This document shows, piece by piece, positions 37,026-49,889 of a stretch of 64,000 nucleotides of DNA. The notes below the pieces were generated by a model that was not told the origin of the DNA, ran no database searches, and saw nothing but the letters and a program-made list of their open reading frames with translations. The stretch covers positions 1,178,001 through 1,242,000 of the forward strand of contig CP145410.1 of assembly GCA_036867785.1 (NCBI GenBank), given 5' to 3'. The DNA comes from Plasmodiophora brassicae (taxonomy: Eukaryota). The translations under genes were made by a program, and so were the position numbers. The stretch's first letter is position 1, and every line of letters starts with the position of its first letter.

Positions 37026-38353
37026 TTAACCGACGGAGACGCCGAACCCGAACTTGTACGTGTTGGCGAAGTGGTCGATCTCGCCGTTCACAGAGAACCT
37101 CATCATCGGCGAGATCGTCTCGTCTAATGCGCCCGAGACAACACCGTTCGAGTCGATGGCGCCGCGAAACTGGGCCTGTCGTAGGGACCATTTGTAGCCG
37201 ACCTTGGCCGTGCTCTCACGATTGTTCGGGTCAAACTTGAAATCGGACGCCAACGTTAGTCGCGGGGATACACGTCGCGTATACGACAGGTTGAACGTGC
37301 CCTGGTCCAGGAGCGAGACGCAGAAGTTATCGCCCCCGCTCTTGTTGTCAAATCGTCCAACGTAACGACTGTGCAGCGAGTAGTCGGCAGGATGGAACAG
37401 GCACTCAATACCTGGCACGAACAGGGACGTCAATTAACGTGTCAAGCAACAGCGCGCGTGCGTGCCGCATTTACCTGTGGACACCGTGCTGCTCAGCGAT
37501 TGCAGGTAGGAGCCAACGACCATGCCGTCATGCGAGCATTTCAGGTTGGCACTGTAGTCGCTGCCAGAGTAGTCCATCTGCAACTGTTTCGTCAGCAGCG
37601 GCCTACCGCGAAACGCATTCCTGGGCAGACCTCAACCAGCGCCATATCGAACTGACGCTTGGCTGCCGGGGCAACAGCAAACTGGACTTTCGACAAGAGC
37701 GATGGCGTCCACTGGTGATGGTACCGCCCGTTCAGCATGCCGCTGGTGTCGAGTTGCGCCATGAGCGTGCAGTTGGTCATGTTCAGCTGCGTCGCGAACT
37801 CGTACGACGACCCACCCTGCAGGTGGGCCGGCCCAAGCCAGAGCAGGTGCGAATACGTCAGGCTCTTGTCCCGGGCGTTCACGACCGGCTTATGATATTC
37901 GACGCGAACACCGTCGTACGTCGGCACACTCAGCACATCTGTCGCAATTGGAAACATTCACGTGTTCGCTGTGCCCAGATGGATTTCGAATATCACTCGA
38001 CGATACCTTGGTTCTCTTTGGTCAAATCGTCCATCTTGCCGGGGTTCGGCAGGGGCGTGGCCTGTAGCTGCGTACGACGAAGCTCCCGGGAGCGTCTGGC
38101 ACGTTCAGCGGCCGCCTCCTGGCGGGCAAGCTCAGCCAAGTCATCGGCGTTGCCCTTTCCTTGACGGGCAGACTCGGGCGATGCTCGCGGCTTCCTGTTC
38201 CGGGGGCAACGTTAACCCAACATGAATAAACGGCGATCCCACGCGCGGCAATTACTCGACTGCAACGCGGTCTGTGCGGTCGACGGCGGCGTCGGCCGTG
38301 ATGCTGGGCGCCGTCCGGAACAACGACGCTACCGAATCGTACAACGATTCCAT
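37026..38353 (-). CDS. TOM40: Mitochondrial import channel Tom40, multi-exon
   Basis: LPNPGKMDDLTKE, YDGVRVE, LMAQLDTSGMLNGR, FRGAIDSNGVVSG, C-terminal beta-signal YKFGFGVSVG. Confidence 0.9.
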
Positions 38354-38840
38354 CGTCGGACGTTAACTGCAGTTTCTGCGACCCCGTACGGCGCTCGGCC
38401 CACGCACTCCGCCAAAACTGCCCCACTTGGAGGTCACTCCAAGGTCCCACCCACATTGGCTACATATGTACATAGGCAGCGAGCGTCTACCGTACCTACA
38501 TCCGGAACGGACGGCCGGTCTCCGGGCGAAACGTTTCCAGCCCTCCCATCATGCACTGTTTGGGACCAGCTGGCGTCGTCGACTCATCAGACAGCGGCAC
38601 ACTGCGGTCACTCCTGGGGGCGTGCGTGTACAACGACACACTCCCGGGGGCAGGCCTTGTGTGTTGGCGTTCAAACGGTCCAGAGTTGGTGGAAGCCCTG
38701 TTAAACGTGGCTCTTTGTCATACCGACGGTGTGCCTCATGGTTGACGATGTCGCCGCATTGGATGGTTGTGGCAGCGCAGGAGGCGGCCGCAGGTCCGCA
38801 CGCCGTGACCGACGGCATTGCGTTGGAGTGGCTGACGACG

Positions 38841-40127
38841 ATGTCGGGACGAAGGACGCGCGCGGCGACGGAGAAGTCGGATACAGACGAACCGGCGACG
38901 CCGCGTCGTGGGCGAACGCGAGCGGCGGATGTGTCGACTCCGGGCGGCAGCGAGACCGATGTGGGGACGCCGATCCCCGGCGACCTCGGCAAGCTGAAGG
39001 TGAAGGAGCTGCAGGCCAAGTTAATCGAGATGGGGTTGGATTCCAAAGGGCGTAAGGCGGAGCTTGTCGCCCGTTTGCAGGCAGCACTAGACGCTGCCGC
39101 CCAGGCCGACGGAAACGAAGCGGACCAGGAGCTGGAGGCGAAACCCGACGAGCCTGAACAGGGATCGGAGGCGAAACCCGAAGAAGAAGTGCCGCAACTG
39201 GAAGTCAAAGCGATGTCATCCCTCGATGAGCGCTCGCATTCTCCGTCGAGGTCGCCCACCCGCCAGCCTGAAGCGGACGGGCAGGTGTCACCGCGAAAGT
39301 CTCCTAGCCCGAAACGATCACTGGAAGCGCCCTCGCGGAAATCTCCATCACGAAGCAGATCACCTGCACGCAAACGAGAACCATCACCTTCTCCCGCGGG
39401 TGCTCTGCTGGCTTCTTCACCGAAGCGCTCCCCATCACCGGCAGAAGCGCCTGTCTCCCAACCGGCCCCCGAGCCCGAGCCTGCCTCCGAGGCGATGCCT
39501 GTGGAGAAACCAGAAGGCCCTTCACTGGCGCGTTCCAGGAGCCGATCCCCTAGGTCGAGATCGAGGTCGCCGGTTGTGAAGATCACAGACACACATCGGC
39601 GCAGTCGCTCGCCGAGTGCCGAGCGTGCCAAGAAACACCGACGCCGTGATGGGGATGAGGAATCGTCCGCGTCCGAGGAAGAAGCACGTCCGCGTTCGCC
39701 GCCGGGTTCGCCTCCGGCAGCGACGTTCACCATCCGCATCGACAACCTCGTCAGACCACTTCGTGTCGATGACGTCCGTGCGCTCCTGGAGAAGTTCGGC
39801 ACCATTGTAGCGCTGTCGATGGACAAGAAGAGGACGCACGCGTTGGCGAAGTTCGAATCACGATCCGAGGCAGCGGCTGCGTTACGTGCCTTGCAGGGGA
39901 CCGTGTTCCAACCTGAGAGCAACAAGACATTGGCAGTCACGTTCACCGACGCTGAGCCGTCTGCTGATGAGAGCACCGCCATGGTGATTGACAATGGCGG
40001 TAGTGCTGCGCCCGCTGCCAGCAACGCTGCCATCCCGCCGCCTGCGACAGACACGGGTGCACTCGACACGCTCTTCAAGAAGACGAAGGCAATGCCCCCA
40101 ATTTTCTGGTTGGCCCGCTCCAAGTAA
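38841..40127 (+). CDS. ACIN1: Acinus-like protein (SAP, RS-rich region, RRM, RSB motif)
   Basis: SAP LKVKELQAKLIEMGLDSKGRKAELVARL; RRM IRIDNLVRPL; RSB LDTLFKKTKAMPPIFW. Confidence 0.88.
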   Translation: MSGRRTRAATEKSDTDEPATPRRGRTRAADVSTPGGSETDVGTPIPGDLGKLKVKELQAKLIEMGLDSKGRKAELVARLQAALDAAAQADGNEADQELEAKPDEPEQGSEAKPEEEVPQLEVKAMSSLDERSHSPSRSPTRQPEADGQVSPRKSPSPKRSLEAPSRKSPSRSRSPARKREPSPSPAGALLASSPKRSPSPAEAPVSQPAPEPEPASEAMPVEKPEGPSLARSRSRSPRSRSRSPVVKITDTHRRSRSPSAERAKKHRRRDGDEESSASEEEARPRSPPGSPPAATFTIRIDNLVRPLRVDDVRALLEKFGTIVALSMDKKRTHALAKFESRSEAAAALRALQGTVFQPESNKTLAVTFTDAEPSADESTAMVIDNGGSAAPAASNAAIPPPATDTGALDTLFKKTKAMPPIFWLARSK

Positions 40128-40554
40128 CGGTTTAGTACAATGGCACTGGATTCAAGATATTGACGAGCGCTGGTGATCTGTTATTCGCTCGTGCCATGCT
40201 TACCTGGAAGGCACGGTTCCGCCGCGCCATGTCGAACGATAGCGAACAGAACTGGGCGGTACGTAAACCTGTTGGGCAATGTGCAGGAGAGGGCATGCGG
40301 CAATGACGTTCGATGGCCGCCCTGGTAGGTATTCCAGTACACGTTGTTCGCGACCGGATGGCTCATCGCCCAGCCTCCACTGCGGTAAGTCGGTGTCAGA
40401 TCTATCTCCCCGCTCGCGAACAGAGTTGCAATTACAGTCCATCGACGAAGCCAACGAGTGGCGTCGTGGGAACACTGCTCCTGGCCCAGTATCCAGGGTC
40501 GTGCACGGGAGATGGCCGTCGTCATTGATGACAATGCTAATGTATTTTGATCGA

Positions 40555-43140
40555 TCAGTAGGAGCGCGCATACGACTCCTCGCCAGACCCGTACGACTTC
40601 GATGATGCGTACGATGACCCATTATCGTTGCTGGGCGATTTGCTGGGTGACGCCTCTGATGAGTACGAACGAGGTGCGGGAGCAGGTGGGGGACCGTACT
40701 CCTTGGACGTTGCTGGCAGCGGAGAGGACGACGATTCATAGCTGCTCTTCTCGGGCGACTTGCTGTATCCGCCCGACGACTCTTCCTTTGGCGAGTACGA
40801 GCGCGGTGCGGGTGTTGGCTCAGGCTGGTACGACGGCTTTGGAGTCGGGACCGGCGTTGGCGCCTTCGCATACGGTTTCGGCGTCGTCGGAGCGGGCGTT
40901 GGCGCCTTTGTGTATGGTGCCGGAGTCGGCGCTGGAGTCGGCTCCTTCGTGTAGGGCTTCGGTGTCGGCGCAGGTGTCGGCTTTGGAGTGGGAGCCTTCG
41001 TGTAGGGCGCGGGGGTCGGCTTCGGTGTAGGAGCCTTTGTGTAGGGCTTCGGCGTCGGTGCGGGCGTTGGCGCCGGCGTTGGCTCAGGGGTCGGCTTTGG
41101 AGTCGGCGCCTTGGTGTACGGTTTCGGCGTCGGTGCGGGTGTTGGCTTCGGTGTCGGCGCCTTGGTGTATGGTTTCGGCGTCGGTGCGGGCGTTGGCTCC
41201 GGTGTCGGCTTCGGTGTCGGCGCCGGGGTCGGCTTTGGAGTTGGCGCCTTGGTATATGGTTTCGGCGTCGGCGCAGGTGTTGGCTCTGGAGTTGGTTTCG
41301 GTGTCGGCGCCGGGGTCGGCTTTGGTGTTGGCGCCTTGGTGTATGGTTTCGGCGTCGGTGCGGGCGTTGGCTCCGGTGTCGGCTTCGGTGTCGGCGCCGG
41401 GGTCGGCTTTGGAGTCGGCGCCTTGGTGTATGGTTTCGGCGTCGGCGCGGGTGTTGGCTCCGGTGTCGGCTTCGGTGTCGGTGCCGGGGTCGGCTTTGGA
41501 GTTGGCGCCTTGGTGTATGGTTTCGGCGTCGGTGCGGGCGTTGGCTCTGGGGTTGGCTTCGGTGTCGGCGCCGGGGTCGGCTTTGGTGTTGGCGCCTTCG
41601 TGTACGGTTTCGGCGTCGGTACGGGCGTAGGTTCTGGGGTTGGCTTCGGGGTCGGCGACGGCGTTGGCTTTGGAGTCGGTGTCGGTGTCGGCCTTGGAGT
41701 CGGTGCCGGTGTCGGCCTTGGAGTCGGCGCCTTCGTGTACGGCTTCGGCGTCGGAGCCGGGGTTGGCTCTAGGGTTGGCTTCGGTGTTGGCGCCGGCGTT
41801 GGCTCTGGAGTCGGCGCCTTCGTGTACGGTTTCGGCGTTGGAGCCGGCGTTGGCTCTGGAGTCGGGGCCTGTGTTGGCGCGTTGGTATCCGGCTTCGGTG
41901 TTGGTGCCAGTGTTGGCGCCGGTGTCGGAGCGGGAGTCGGAGCCATGGTGCTTGGCTTCGGTGTCGGCGCTGGTGTCGGCTTTGGAGTCGGAGCCGACGT
42001 GTAAGGTGCCGGTGACGGTTCGGGGGTCGGAGCAGGAGTAGGGCACGGCGTCTCAGATATTGGCTCGGGCGTTGGAGCCGCCGTGGACAGCTTCGGTGTC
42101 GGCACGTCAAGCGCTGGAGACATCGTCGAGTTCGACGTCGGCGCGGGAACCGGAGCCGGGGTTGCCACTGAAGTCGGAGCTGACGTATTGGTGTTCAGCG
42201 CCGGCTCCGGGGTCGGAGCAGACGAGTTCGCCGCTGTCGTCGGTGCTGGAGTTGGTGCAACCGTCGGCTTCGTTGTCGGGGCCGTCGTGTTCGTCATCGT
42301 AGTCGGTTCCGGAGTCGAAGGAGACGGTGTCGTCGTTGACGCTGGGGCCGGCCCCGGTGTCATCTTCTGCGTCGTGGGTGCAGGTGTCGGCTCAGGGGTA
42401 GGCGCAGCCGATGTCGACATTGGTGTTGGCCCGGGCGTCGGCGTTGATGTGGACGTTGTCGGAACGGGAGAGGGTTCAGGCGTTCGTTCCGGAGCTGGTG
42501 TCGGCGCCGGTGTATCATCGCAATCCTCTGGGTTAGGCGTCGGTGCCGGCGTCGGCCCATTGCTTTCCGTCGCGGGAGTTGGAGTCGCACCTGTCGGTGC
42601 TGAACTCGGCAGTGGCGCGGGCGCTGGTGTTGGCCCAGTCGTCGGCCTCGGCGTGGCAACCTCGTCGTACGGTTTCGGGGTAGGCTCTGGTGACGGCGTC
42701 GGCAGAGGACTTGGGGCCCTGGTTGGCGACGCTGTCGGTTCCGACGTTGACATTGTGGTTGGCGTTGACGATCGGGTGTAGTCCATCGGCGTCGGTGCAG
42801 ACGTCGATGGCTCCGGTATCGGCCCAGACGAGGATGACTTCCAGGTTGGCGCAGGCACCGGTGATTCCCGTTCTGGAGCGTACGACGTCGATGGAGTCGG
42901 TGTCGAGTCGGCGGCGTAGGTCGACGACTTGGAGGGTGCCCAGGTTGACAGTTCGCTGCTGACGTCAGACGTGCCGGGCAGAGCCGAATACTCAGCGTTC
43001 GTCGTCACCGTATCCGGTTCGTTCGACGATAACGGGCCATATCCGCCCTCGTCCGAGGCGGATAGCACCGACGTGTCGCTGGTGGCGTGCACGACGGCGC
43101 CTGCTACGAGCGTGATAATTAGGAACGCACGAGCGCTCAT
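40555..43140 (-). CDS. Secreted Pro/Thr-rich mucin/extensin-like protein
   Basis: Signal peptide [22 protein letters not shown](K/A/E) repeats; Ser/Tyr-rich tail; intronless. Confidence 0.85.
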   Translation of the reverse strand: MSARAFLIITLVAGAVVHATSDTSVLSASDEGGYGPLSSNEPDTVTTNAEYSALPGTSDVSSELSTWAPSKSSTYAADSTPTPSTSYAPERESPVPAPTWKSSSSGPIPEPSTSAPTPMDYTRSSTPTTMSTSEPTASPTRAPSPLPTPSPEPTPKPYDEVATPRPTTGPTPAPAPLPSSAPTGATPTPATESNGPTPAPTPNPEDCDDTPAPTPAPERTPEPSPVPTTSTSTPTPGPTPMSTSAAPTPEPTPAPTTQKMTPGPAPASTTTPSPSTPEPTTMTNTTAPTTKPTVAPTPAPTTAANSSAPTPEPALNTNTSAPTSVATPAPVPAPTSNSTMSPALDVPTPKLSTAAPTPEPISETPCPTPAPTPEPSPAPYTSAPTPKPTPAPTPKPSTMAPTPAPTPAPTLAPTPKPDTNAPTQAPTPEPTPAPTPKPYTKAPTPEPTPAPTPKPTLEPTPAPTPKPYTKAPTPRPTPAPTPRPTPTPTPKPTPSPTPKPTPEPTPVPTPKPYTKAPTPKPTPAPTPKPTPEPTPAPTPKPYTKAPTPKPTPAPTPKPTPEPTPAPTPKPYTKAPTPKPTPAPTPKPTPEPTPAPTPKPYTKAPTPKPTPAPTPKPTPEPTPAPTPKPYTKAPTPKPTPAPTPKPTPEPTPAPTPKPYTKAPTPKPTPAPTPKPYTKAPTPKPTPEPTPAPTPAPTPKPYTKAPTPKPTPAPYTKAPTPKPTPAPTPKPYTKEPTPAPTPAPYTKAPTPAPTTPKPYAKAPTPVPTPKPSYQPEPTPAPRSYSPKEESSGGYSKSPEKSSYESSSSPLPATSKEYGPPPAPAPRSYSSEASPSKSPSNDNGSSYASSKSYGSGEESYARSY
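40850..42010 (-). repeat. Coding tandem repeat: 12-bp subunits within 87-bp (29 aa) units
   Basis: [29 protein letters not shown] repeated about 6 times, with degenerate flanking copies. Confidence 0.9.
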
Positions 43141-43472
43141 GTTCAAACGTGGGACGCTTTCCCAGATCGATACCTTAGATGGTAATGAAGATTCGGTGCC
43201 TAGGTAGACTTGACACGACGTTGACGCCGACTGGGACGATGTTGACTCAAGCAGTCGCAAGTCAACACGACCCTGTCTCGCTTAACGTCTGGCACCATCG
43301 CAACACTCTGTATTCACGTCTCGGTTTTGCGTCTGTCGGATCCTGGACACCGCCTACATACATCATGGAGGTACACCGAAACGATCCGACGTGATCAGGC
43401 CCACGGTGGACATCGGGCGTCGACGGGTCGCCGATGCCTGAGGAGCGCCTTTGAAACGAAGGCCCTTGACCG

Positions 43473-44342
43473 ATGGCAACAGCGTTACGTCGTGTGAACG
43501 CAACGATCGATGCGAACAGGAGAAGCGGGACGAACGCGACTAGGGCGACCCGCCCGGAGACGTCGCTGGGCGACATCGAGAGCATGCTGGATGAAATGCG
43601 AAAGTATTCGTCGCGAACGGTGGCCCAGTCGTCACCTGGAGCGATCCATCGGCATGCGTCCCCAGTGCCGGCCACATCTCGACCAGCCGGCGCCCGACTG
43701 TCCGACGTCCAGGAACAGCTGACCAAAGAGCTGGAGATGAGGCTAGAAGCCCAACGTGCACTGGCGAACGCGCAACGAGAGCACCGTAGTGAGATGGCCA
43801 GGCTGAACGACCTTCTGCAACGGAACGCAAAGGAGTTACGTCGGTGCCAAGAGAGCGAGCGCGACGCTCGAGCGTCCTGCATGTCGTTGAGCGCGCGCCT
43901 GCAGAAGCTGGAGATTGATGAGAAACAGAGCGAGCGGCGATCAAAGGAGCACCGCAGGCAGTTCAAGCAGACGTACGAGTACGCGAGCCAGTGTTCGTCG
44001 CTGTTGAAGCAGTCGAACGCGCAGCTGGTGAAAGCGAGGAGAAGGATCCAGGTGCTGGAAGAGCATGTGGTCGCTAGTCGGACGGAGCGGGCACGGGAGG
44101 AGACGCGCGCACAGCAGCGGGAGACGATGCTGTCGGAGACGATCGTCAGGCTGGAGGATCAGCTGGGCGAATCCGTCCGGAAGAACGGCAAGTTGCAGGA
44201 CAGGGTTGACGACCTGGAGCGCGCCCTGGCCATGAACGAGAACAAGCTCAAGGAGCAGAGCGAGAAGTTCAGGGAGAGCGTCATGGAGATCCGGGCCGTC
44301 TACGCCAACAGTTGCAAAGGCGGGCCAGTAGACCAAACATAA
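43473..44342 (+). CDS. Coiled-coil protein
   Basis: 289-aa intronless ORF rich in E/R/L/Q heptads. Confidence 0.75.
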   Translation: MATALRRVNATIDANRRSGTNATRATRPETSLGDIESMLDEMRKYSSRTVAQSSPGAIHRHASPVPATSRPAGARLSDVQEQLTKELEMRLEAQRALANAQREHRSEMARLNDLLQRNAKELRRCQESERDARASCMSLSARLQKLEIDEKQSERRSKEHRRQFKQTYEYASQCSSLLKQSNAQLVKARRRIQVLEEHVVASRTERAREETRAQQRETMLSETIVRLEDQLGESVRKNGKLQDRVDDLERALAMNENKLKEQSEKFRESVMEIRAVYANSCKGGPVDQT

Positions 44343-44389
44343 ACTATCGGTAGAGCGATACTTGCCTGGCGCGTTCACAGCGCTGTTAA

Positions 44390-46425
44390 TTATTGTTTCG
44401 GCTCGGGTGCCGGTGTCGGAGCAACCTGCTTGAAACCAGCAGCAGAGCTGAAATACTTCTCATTGATCGCCTTCAGTTTCGCCGCCTGTTCCTCAGCTGC
44501 ATTCGGGTTGACGAGTTCGAGGCCTTGAACGGGGGTGAACGCCAACGACGTGCTGAACCCAGACACAGTTCCGCCGGCGCCGCCGAACCTGCTCTTGAAC
44601 TTGTTCTTCTGGGCAACCGCCTTCCCAAGCTTCTGCGTGTCCTTTGTTTGAAGGCGAACCCGGCCGGACCCTGGCGCGTTAATCATGCCCAGCTCCATAC
44701 CGTCATACGATTCGGCCTCTTCTGTGCCAAATGCCTACAGTGCCACGTCAGATTGCGATAGCGTCGACGCCATCGGCAGATGTACCATTCGGTTCTTCTG
44801 CTTGGACAATTCCGTGATCTCGAATTTCTCCTTGAACTTTCTGAAGCGCCTGCCGCCTGCGGAAACGTCATTCAGGTTGCGGAACCGTATCACGAATCGG
44901 CCCTGATCGACCTCGTCGTTTCTTATTAGTCTCAATTGGCGCAGGCAAAGCTTTCGATTGCTTTTTAACGTCGGGTTCTGTTAATCTAGGGCCAATCGTG
45001 AGAAACACCACTAGCAGCGCGATCAATCCCACCAACCTTCGGATATGCTTTGATATATCCTCACGATATTCTCGACCTTTGGAGTCGTTGATGGTGGAGT
45101 CGTTTTGAAAACAGTCGATGCGCGCAGTCAGGGCAACCTACACAGGGCGAGAGGGGGGCCGAATAAGAATGTGAAATCAATGTCGCCTAGCGCCAGCACT
45201 ACTTTTGCCGCGACAAGCTTCAGGGCTTTGTTTCGAATATGGGAGGGTGCTCTGGCAACAAGGTCACATTGCTTCAAGATGCCTTCGTGAACTCCTGCCG
45301 TCGCTTTAGAGAACCCAGACAAGTCTACACGGCGGCTATGGCCCAGCACCTGAAGATCCGTTCAGTCCCGCGGCATACGCGAACGAGTCACCAACAGACC
45401 ATGATATCGCAGGCAGGAATAGACGCCAAGCGTTCAAGTCCACCTGCTATGCCAATAATTCGGGAGGCACAGCGCGAACCAATCAGCGCAGTTAGGTTCG
45501 GGGCAAACATTCCCATTTGCGACTCGATGAACGAAAGCATCTAGGAAAAAGGCAGCAGCAGACTCAGGGATCCTTTGCATGCTTACAGAGCGTACTGTTG
45601 CATCATGCATACCTCGTTCTTATCGTCATGCAGCTGAATGATGACGTCGCACGCCCGCAGACACGTATCCATGACATCTGGCGGCAATGCCGGATACGAC
45701 GACGTCGTCGTAACAGTCATGGCTAACATGGCTTACGTTAACACGTGCCGTGTTCTCCTCGGCACTGACGACGAACGTACCTATCGACATCACGTTTTCA
45801 GGCGGGACAATCCCGTTCAGGTCAACTGATTGTACGTCCTACGCAGGGTCCCATGGTTAGAACCCACTGAGCAGCGACATGCTTATAACTTTTACAGTCT
45901 TGTTCTGGATGTGCTTGACGACTTTGGCGTAGTCGAGCGGGGATGGGACAAGCCGTTCCAGTTCAGGGAACCGCACAGAGTACAGGTCGCGAACAAACTT
46001 GAATACCTGATGCGCGTTATCAGAACGGTTTCAGCGAGGGGTACGTACATAGCAGGAATTCCGACCGCTGAAATTTCATCATCGACTTCCACGATCATCT
46101 TGTTGCACGTCAGCATGGTGTCGACGTGTCGTTCGCCGTTGGCGTCGGTTGATCCGTTGTTCGACGACGCATTTCTGAGAAGTTCGAGGTGATCGCGAAG
46201 ACGTCGTGATCCACAGAGCACCGCCACCTGCTTCAGCGGGTCCGGCTTCACCGCCTCCATATCCATCGCATCAATGTCACCACATTCCTCATCTTCATCC
46301 ACGGCCGCCTGGGCGGCGTCCTCCTGTCCTAACCCAGCCGCCGGAACCTGCACCTGCGGTTCCTCCTCCTCCTCCTCCTCATCGCTCTCCAAATCGTGCA
46401 GGAAGCTCTCTGCAAGCGTTGACAT
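44390..46425 (-). CDS. PRPF31: U4/U6 snRNP protein Prp31, multi-exon
   Basis: MSTLAESFLHDLE, RFPELERLV, FAPNLTALIG, KKRRGGRRFRKFKE, SGFSTSLAFTPVQGLELVNP. Confidence 0.95.
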
Positions 46426-46490
46426 CGCTGGCGTCGTCGAAGGAACCGGTGCGGCCGTCGCGGCGGACTCCGTAGCGGACTCGCCTCGCG

Positions 46491-48042
46491 ATGAAGCAGT
46501 GCTTCTACGAGGTCCTGTGCGTACCTCGCGATGCCTCCGATGCCGACCTGCGCAAGGCGTATCGTCGACTCGCCCTGGAGTGGCACCCTGACAAGGTCGG
46601 GCGCATATCGGCCAGTTTGTCCGCGCCGTCACGGTGACCGTCCATTGCAGAACCTACACCGACAGGATGAAGCGGAGGCGCGGTTTAAGCTGATCCAGGA
46701 AGCGTTCGAAACGCTGAGCGACCCTGACGAACGAGCGTTCTACGATGGGCATCGCGACCATATCCTGAACGATCAGATGGGCGCTGATGTCGATGATCGG
46801 TCCGCGCGCGATCCTTTGATCGACCTGGCTGTCTACTTCAGTGCAGCCTGTTTTGATGGGTTCACTGATAAGGAAGGCGGGTTCTTTGACGTATTCACAC
46901 GTGCGTTCGAACGCATTGACGAGCTGGAATCTGGGAATGGATCCCGGAATCCGTACCCGAAGTTCGGGCGTACCGACTCGCCTTGGTCGGATGTCAACGA
47001 GTTCTATCGCGAGTGGGGCAATTTCTCCACTGGGCGGAGCTTCACGTGGGCCAACCAGTGGAGGACGTCTGACGCAGGGGAGCGCCGGACGAAGAGGTTT
47101 GCACTTGGGCTGAAACGTGCAGGGCTTCGTTTTGAGAACCGCGTTTGTTGCAGGGCCATGGAGAAGGAGAATCGTACGCATCAGAACAAGGCTCGTCGTC
47201 AGTACGTCGATACGGTCAACCGATTGGTTACATGGGTGCGCAAGAAGGATCCACGTGTTGCCTCTCATCAGGAGGAGGTGCGACGTCAGACGCGGGCAAA
47301 GGAAGCCGAACTGAAGGAACGTGAAGAACGCCGGAGACAACGGTATGAAGAAGATCGACAGCGATGGAGAACGTTGGAGCAGCAACGAATCATCGAAGGC
47401 GAGCAGCGACGTCGAGAGGCGTACGGCGATATCGATGACGAAGAGCAGAACAGCGATGCGTCCGACGAATCCATTATCGAATGCGTCCCGTGTGGCAAAC
47501 AGTTTCGAAGCGCGAAGCAATTCGAGAACCACGAACGATCCAAGAAGCATAAGCAGAATGTCGCCGCTCTCAGGCACGAACTCGAGGCCGAGGACGCGCT
47601 TTTACAGCAGCTGAAGATTAACGATGAACTTGATGATGGCAGTCCGTCACCCGACGTTATTACGGTCGATATTGAACCGCTGGATGAGGACGAAACCGAG
47701 ATGCAGCCGACAGCGGTTCAGAAATCGAAACGAAAGAAGAAGAAAGGGCTGCGGGCTGCCAATTTCGGCCACGAAGAGGTTCCTGATGAGGAGCAAGCCG
47801 ATGACATTGTACGGCAGGGCGCCGTGGAACCCCCTGCTGATGAAGAAGCGCAAGACGTCACCAAGAAGTCGAAACAGCGTCGGAGACGTCGAGATAAAGC
47901 GTCTGACCCGTCTGGCGCCGCTCCGCCAACGCCCGATCCGTCTATGCCGTTCTCGTGCGAAAGGTGCCACGCAGGGTTCCCTTCGAAGACTCGGCTCTTC
48001 ACTCACCTGAACCAGCATCCATCCCACAAATCGCTCAAGTAA
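46491..48042 (+). CDS. DNAJC21: DnaJ C21/Jjj1 (J domain, zuotin-like region, two C2H2 fingers)
   Basis: MKQCFYEVL...[30 protein letters not shown]...[26 protein letters not shown]. Confidence 0.92.
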
Positions 48043-48168
48043 GTAAAATTATATATTCAATCGGATGGCGCTGCTATTCATCTGGTTGCGAAATGCACGG
48101 TTAGATCAAGCCGGGTACCAAGGGCGCCCATCAAGGCCGCTATGTAGCGATTCGTAATTAAGGCTCGG

Positions 48169-49889
48169 ATGGCACCGATCCCCGTATGGGTGGACGACGA
48201 CGTGTCCGGCAACGCGCGTGACGAATGTGTCCACGTTTGCATTCGTGTTCGACCCTCGTCTGCACCTGGCAGCTGCGTTCGCGTCCGTCATGGCCAGGAA
48301 ATCCAACTGCTCGGCGATGGCATCGCACTGCCCGGCTCCCCTGTCCATGGCGAATCGGCGCCCCTTGTCGAGAATGAGAAGCACCTGTTCACGTTCGATT
48401 CTGTTCTCGATGAGGCAACAACACAGGTTGGAACGGGGACCGTTTTCTTGGGCTGCCGAAGGCTGACGCGCGCCGCCCTTCCCAGGAGGAGGTCTACGAA
48501 CGAACCTGTCGCTCCATTATTGACAAATTCTTTGACGGATACAACACGAGCGTGCTCGTCTACGGGCAGACTGGATCAGGTAGGGTTATGCGTCCCCCTT
48601 GGTGCAGGACTGCCACGTATAGTTACCCGCCAGCCCACAGGGAAAACGTTCACGGTAACTGGAGCCGGTCGCGATCGTCACCCGGGCATAGCGTACAGGG
48701 CGGCCCAGCACGTGGAGCAATGGCTAACCCGGCCCGACGCGTCCCAGTTCGAGACCGTGGTGCTTGTCAGCCTGATGGAGATCTACAACGACACGCTGAT
48801 CGACCTTCTGTCGGAGTCGCCGACCATCGCCAAAGACAAGGACGCCGCGGTAAGCGTCTTGCCTCTGCACGTCGATGACCGTGACGAGCCGTCTTAGGGC
48901 AAGCTTCGCATCCGGGAGGATCCCGTCCTGGGCGTATTCGTCAACGGTTTGACCCGGGTGCCAGTCGAGACCAGCAGCGACATCGTCGCCCTGATCGAAA
49001 AGGGCAGCACTAGACGTCACATCGCAGCCACGTCCATGAACGAGTTCAGTTCGAGGTCGCACTCGGTCCTGACTATAACGATCCATCAACGGCACCTGTG
49101 CGAATTTGGGCAAGGACGAATGTGAACTCTGTCGCCTGATGGACCCCCGTTCGACAGAGACGATGAGGAGGGATTCCAGGCGAAACGCTCCGAGCTCAAC
49201 ATCGTCGACCTAGCTGGGTCTGAGAGGCAATCAGGTAATATGGCGCCTATTGGGCAAACGGAGGCCAGTGCCATGACCGGTCCCATGGCCCTCTAGCCAC
49301 GAAGGCGACGGGTCACCGACTTCGAGAAGGAGCCAAGATCAATGCATCGCTCAGTGCGCTGGGGTTGGTGATCAAGGTGTGCTGCGTGCGTCTGTGCCAT
49401 TCCATCTGGACCGACTGACGTGGCGACAGAACCTGGTGGAAGGAAGCACTCACGTGCCGTTCCGAAACTCGGCGCTGACCAGGCTGCTTCAAAATAGGTC
49501 GGCGACGGTCCCGTCTGTAATCCTGTCGGACGAACACGCTACTGACAGGGTCTACCAGCTTGGGCGGCAACGCCCGCACGCTGCTGATCGCCTGCATCAG
49601 CCCAACGGCGTCGTGCGTGTCGGAATCGCTGAGCACGTTACGGTTCGCGGCGCGCGCCAAGCTGATCCAGAACCGGCCCCGGGTCTACGCCGACCCGAAG
49701 ATGGCCCGAATCGCCCAGGTCGGCCACGTGTGCCTCGTCCCCCCGCCTGCTCGCCCTAAGCCTGACCGACACACGCAGCTGGAATCCGAACTGGCCCTAG
49801 CACGATCGCAGCTGGAGGCCTGTCGATGTCGCGATGATGCGCCTTATCGCGTCGCACCTGCCGGGGACGCCTGCTGCACGATCATGTGA
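48169..49889 (+). CDS. Short kinesin (motor domain, short tail, CaaX box), multi-exon
   Basis: [52 protein letters not shown]; ends CCTIM*. Confidence 0.92.

Noticed and set aside
38427-38840. N-terminal extension of the Acinus ORF
   Set aside because: Non-ATG start running through the divergent promoter; ATG 38841 fits better
41111-42781. Elastin-like GVGAGVG ORFs on the + strand
   Set aside because: Antisense shadow of the Pro/Thr repeat gene, which has the ATG and signal peptide
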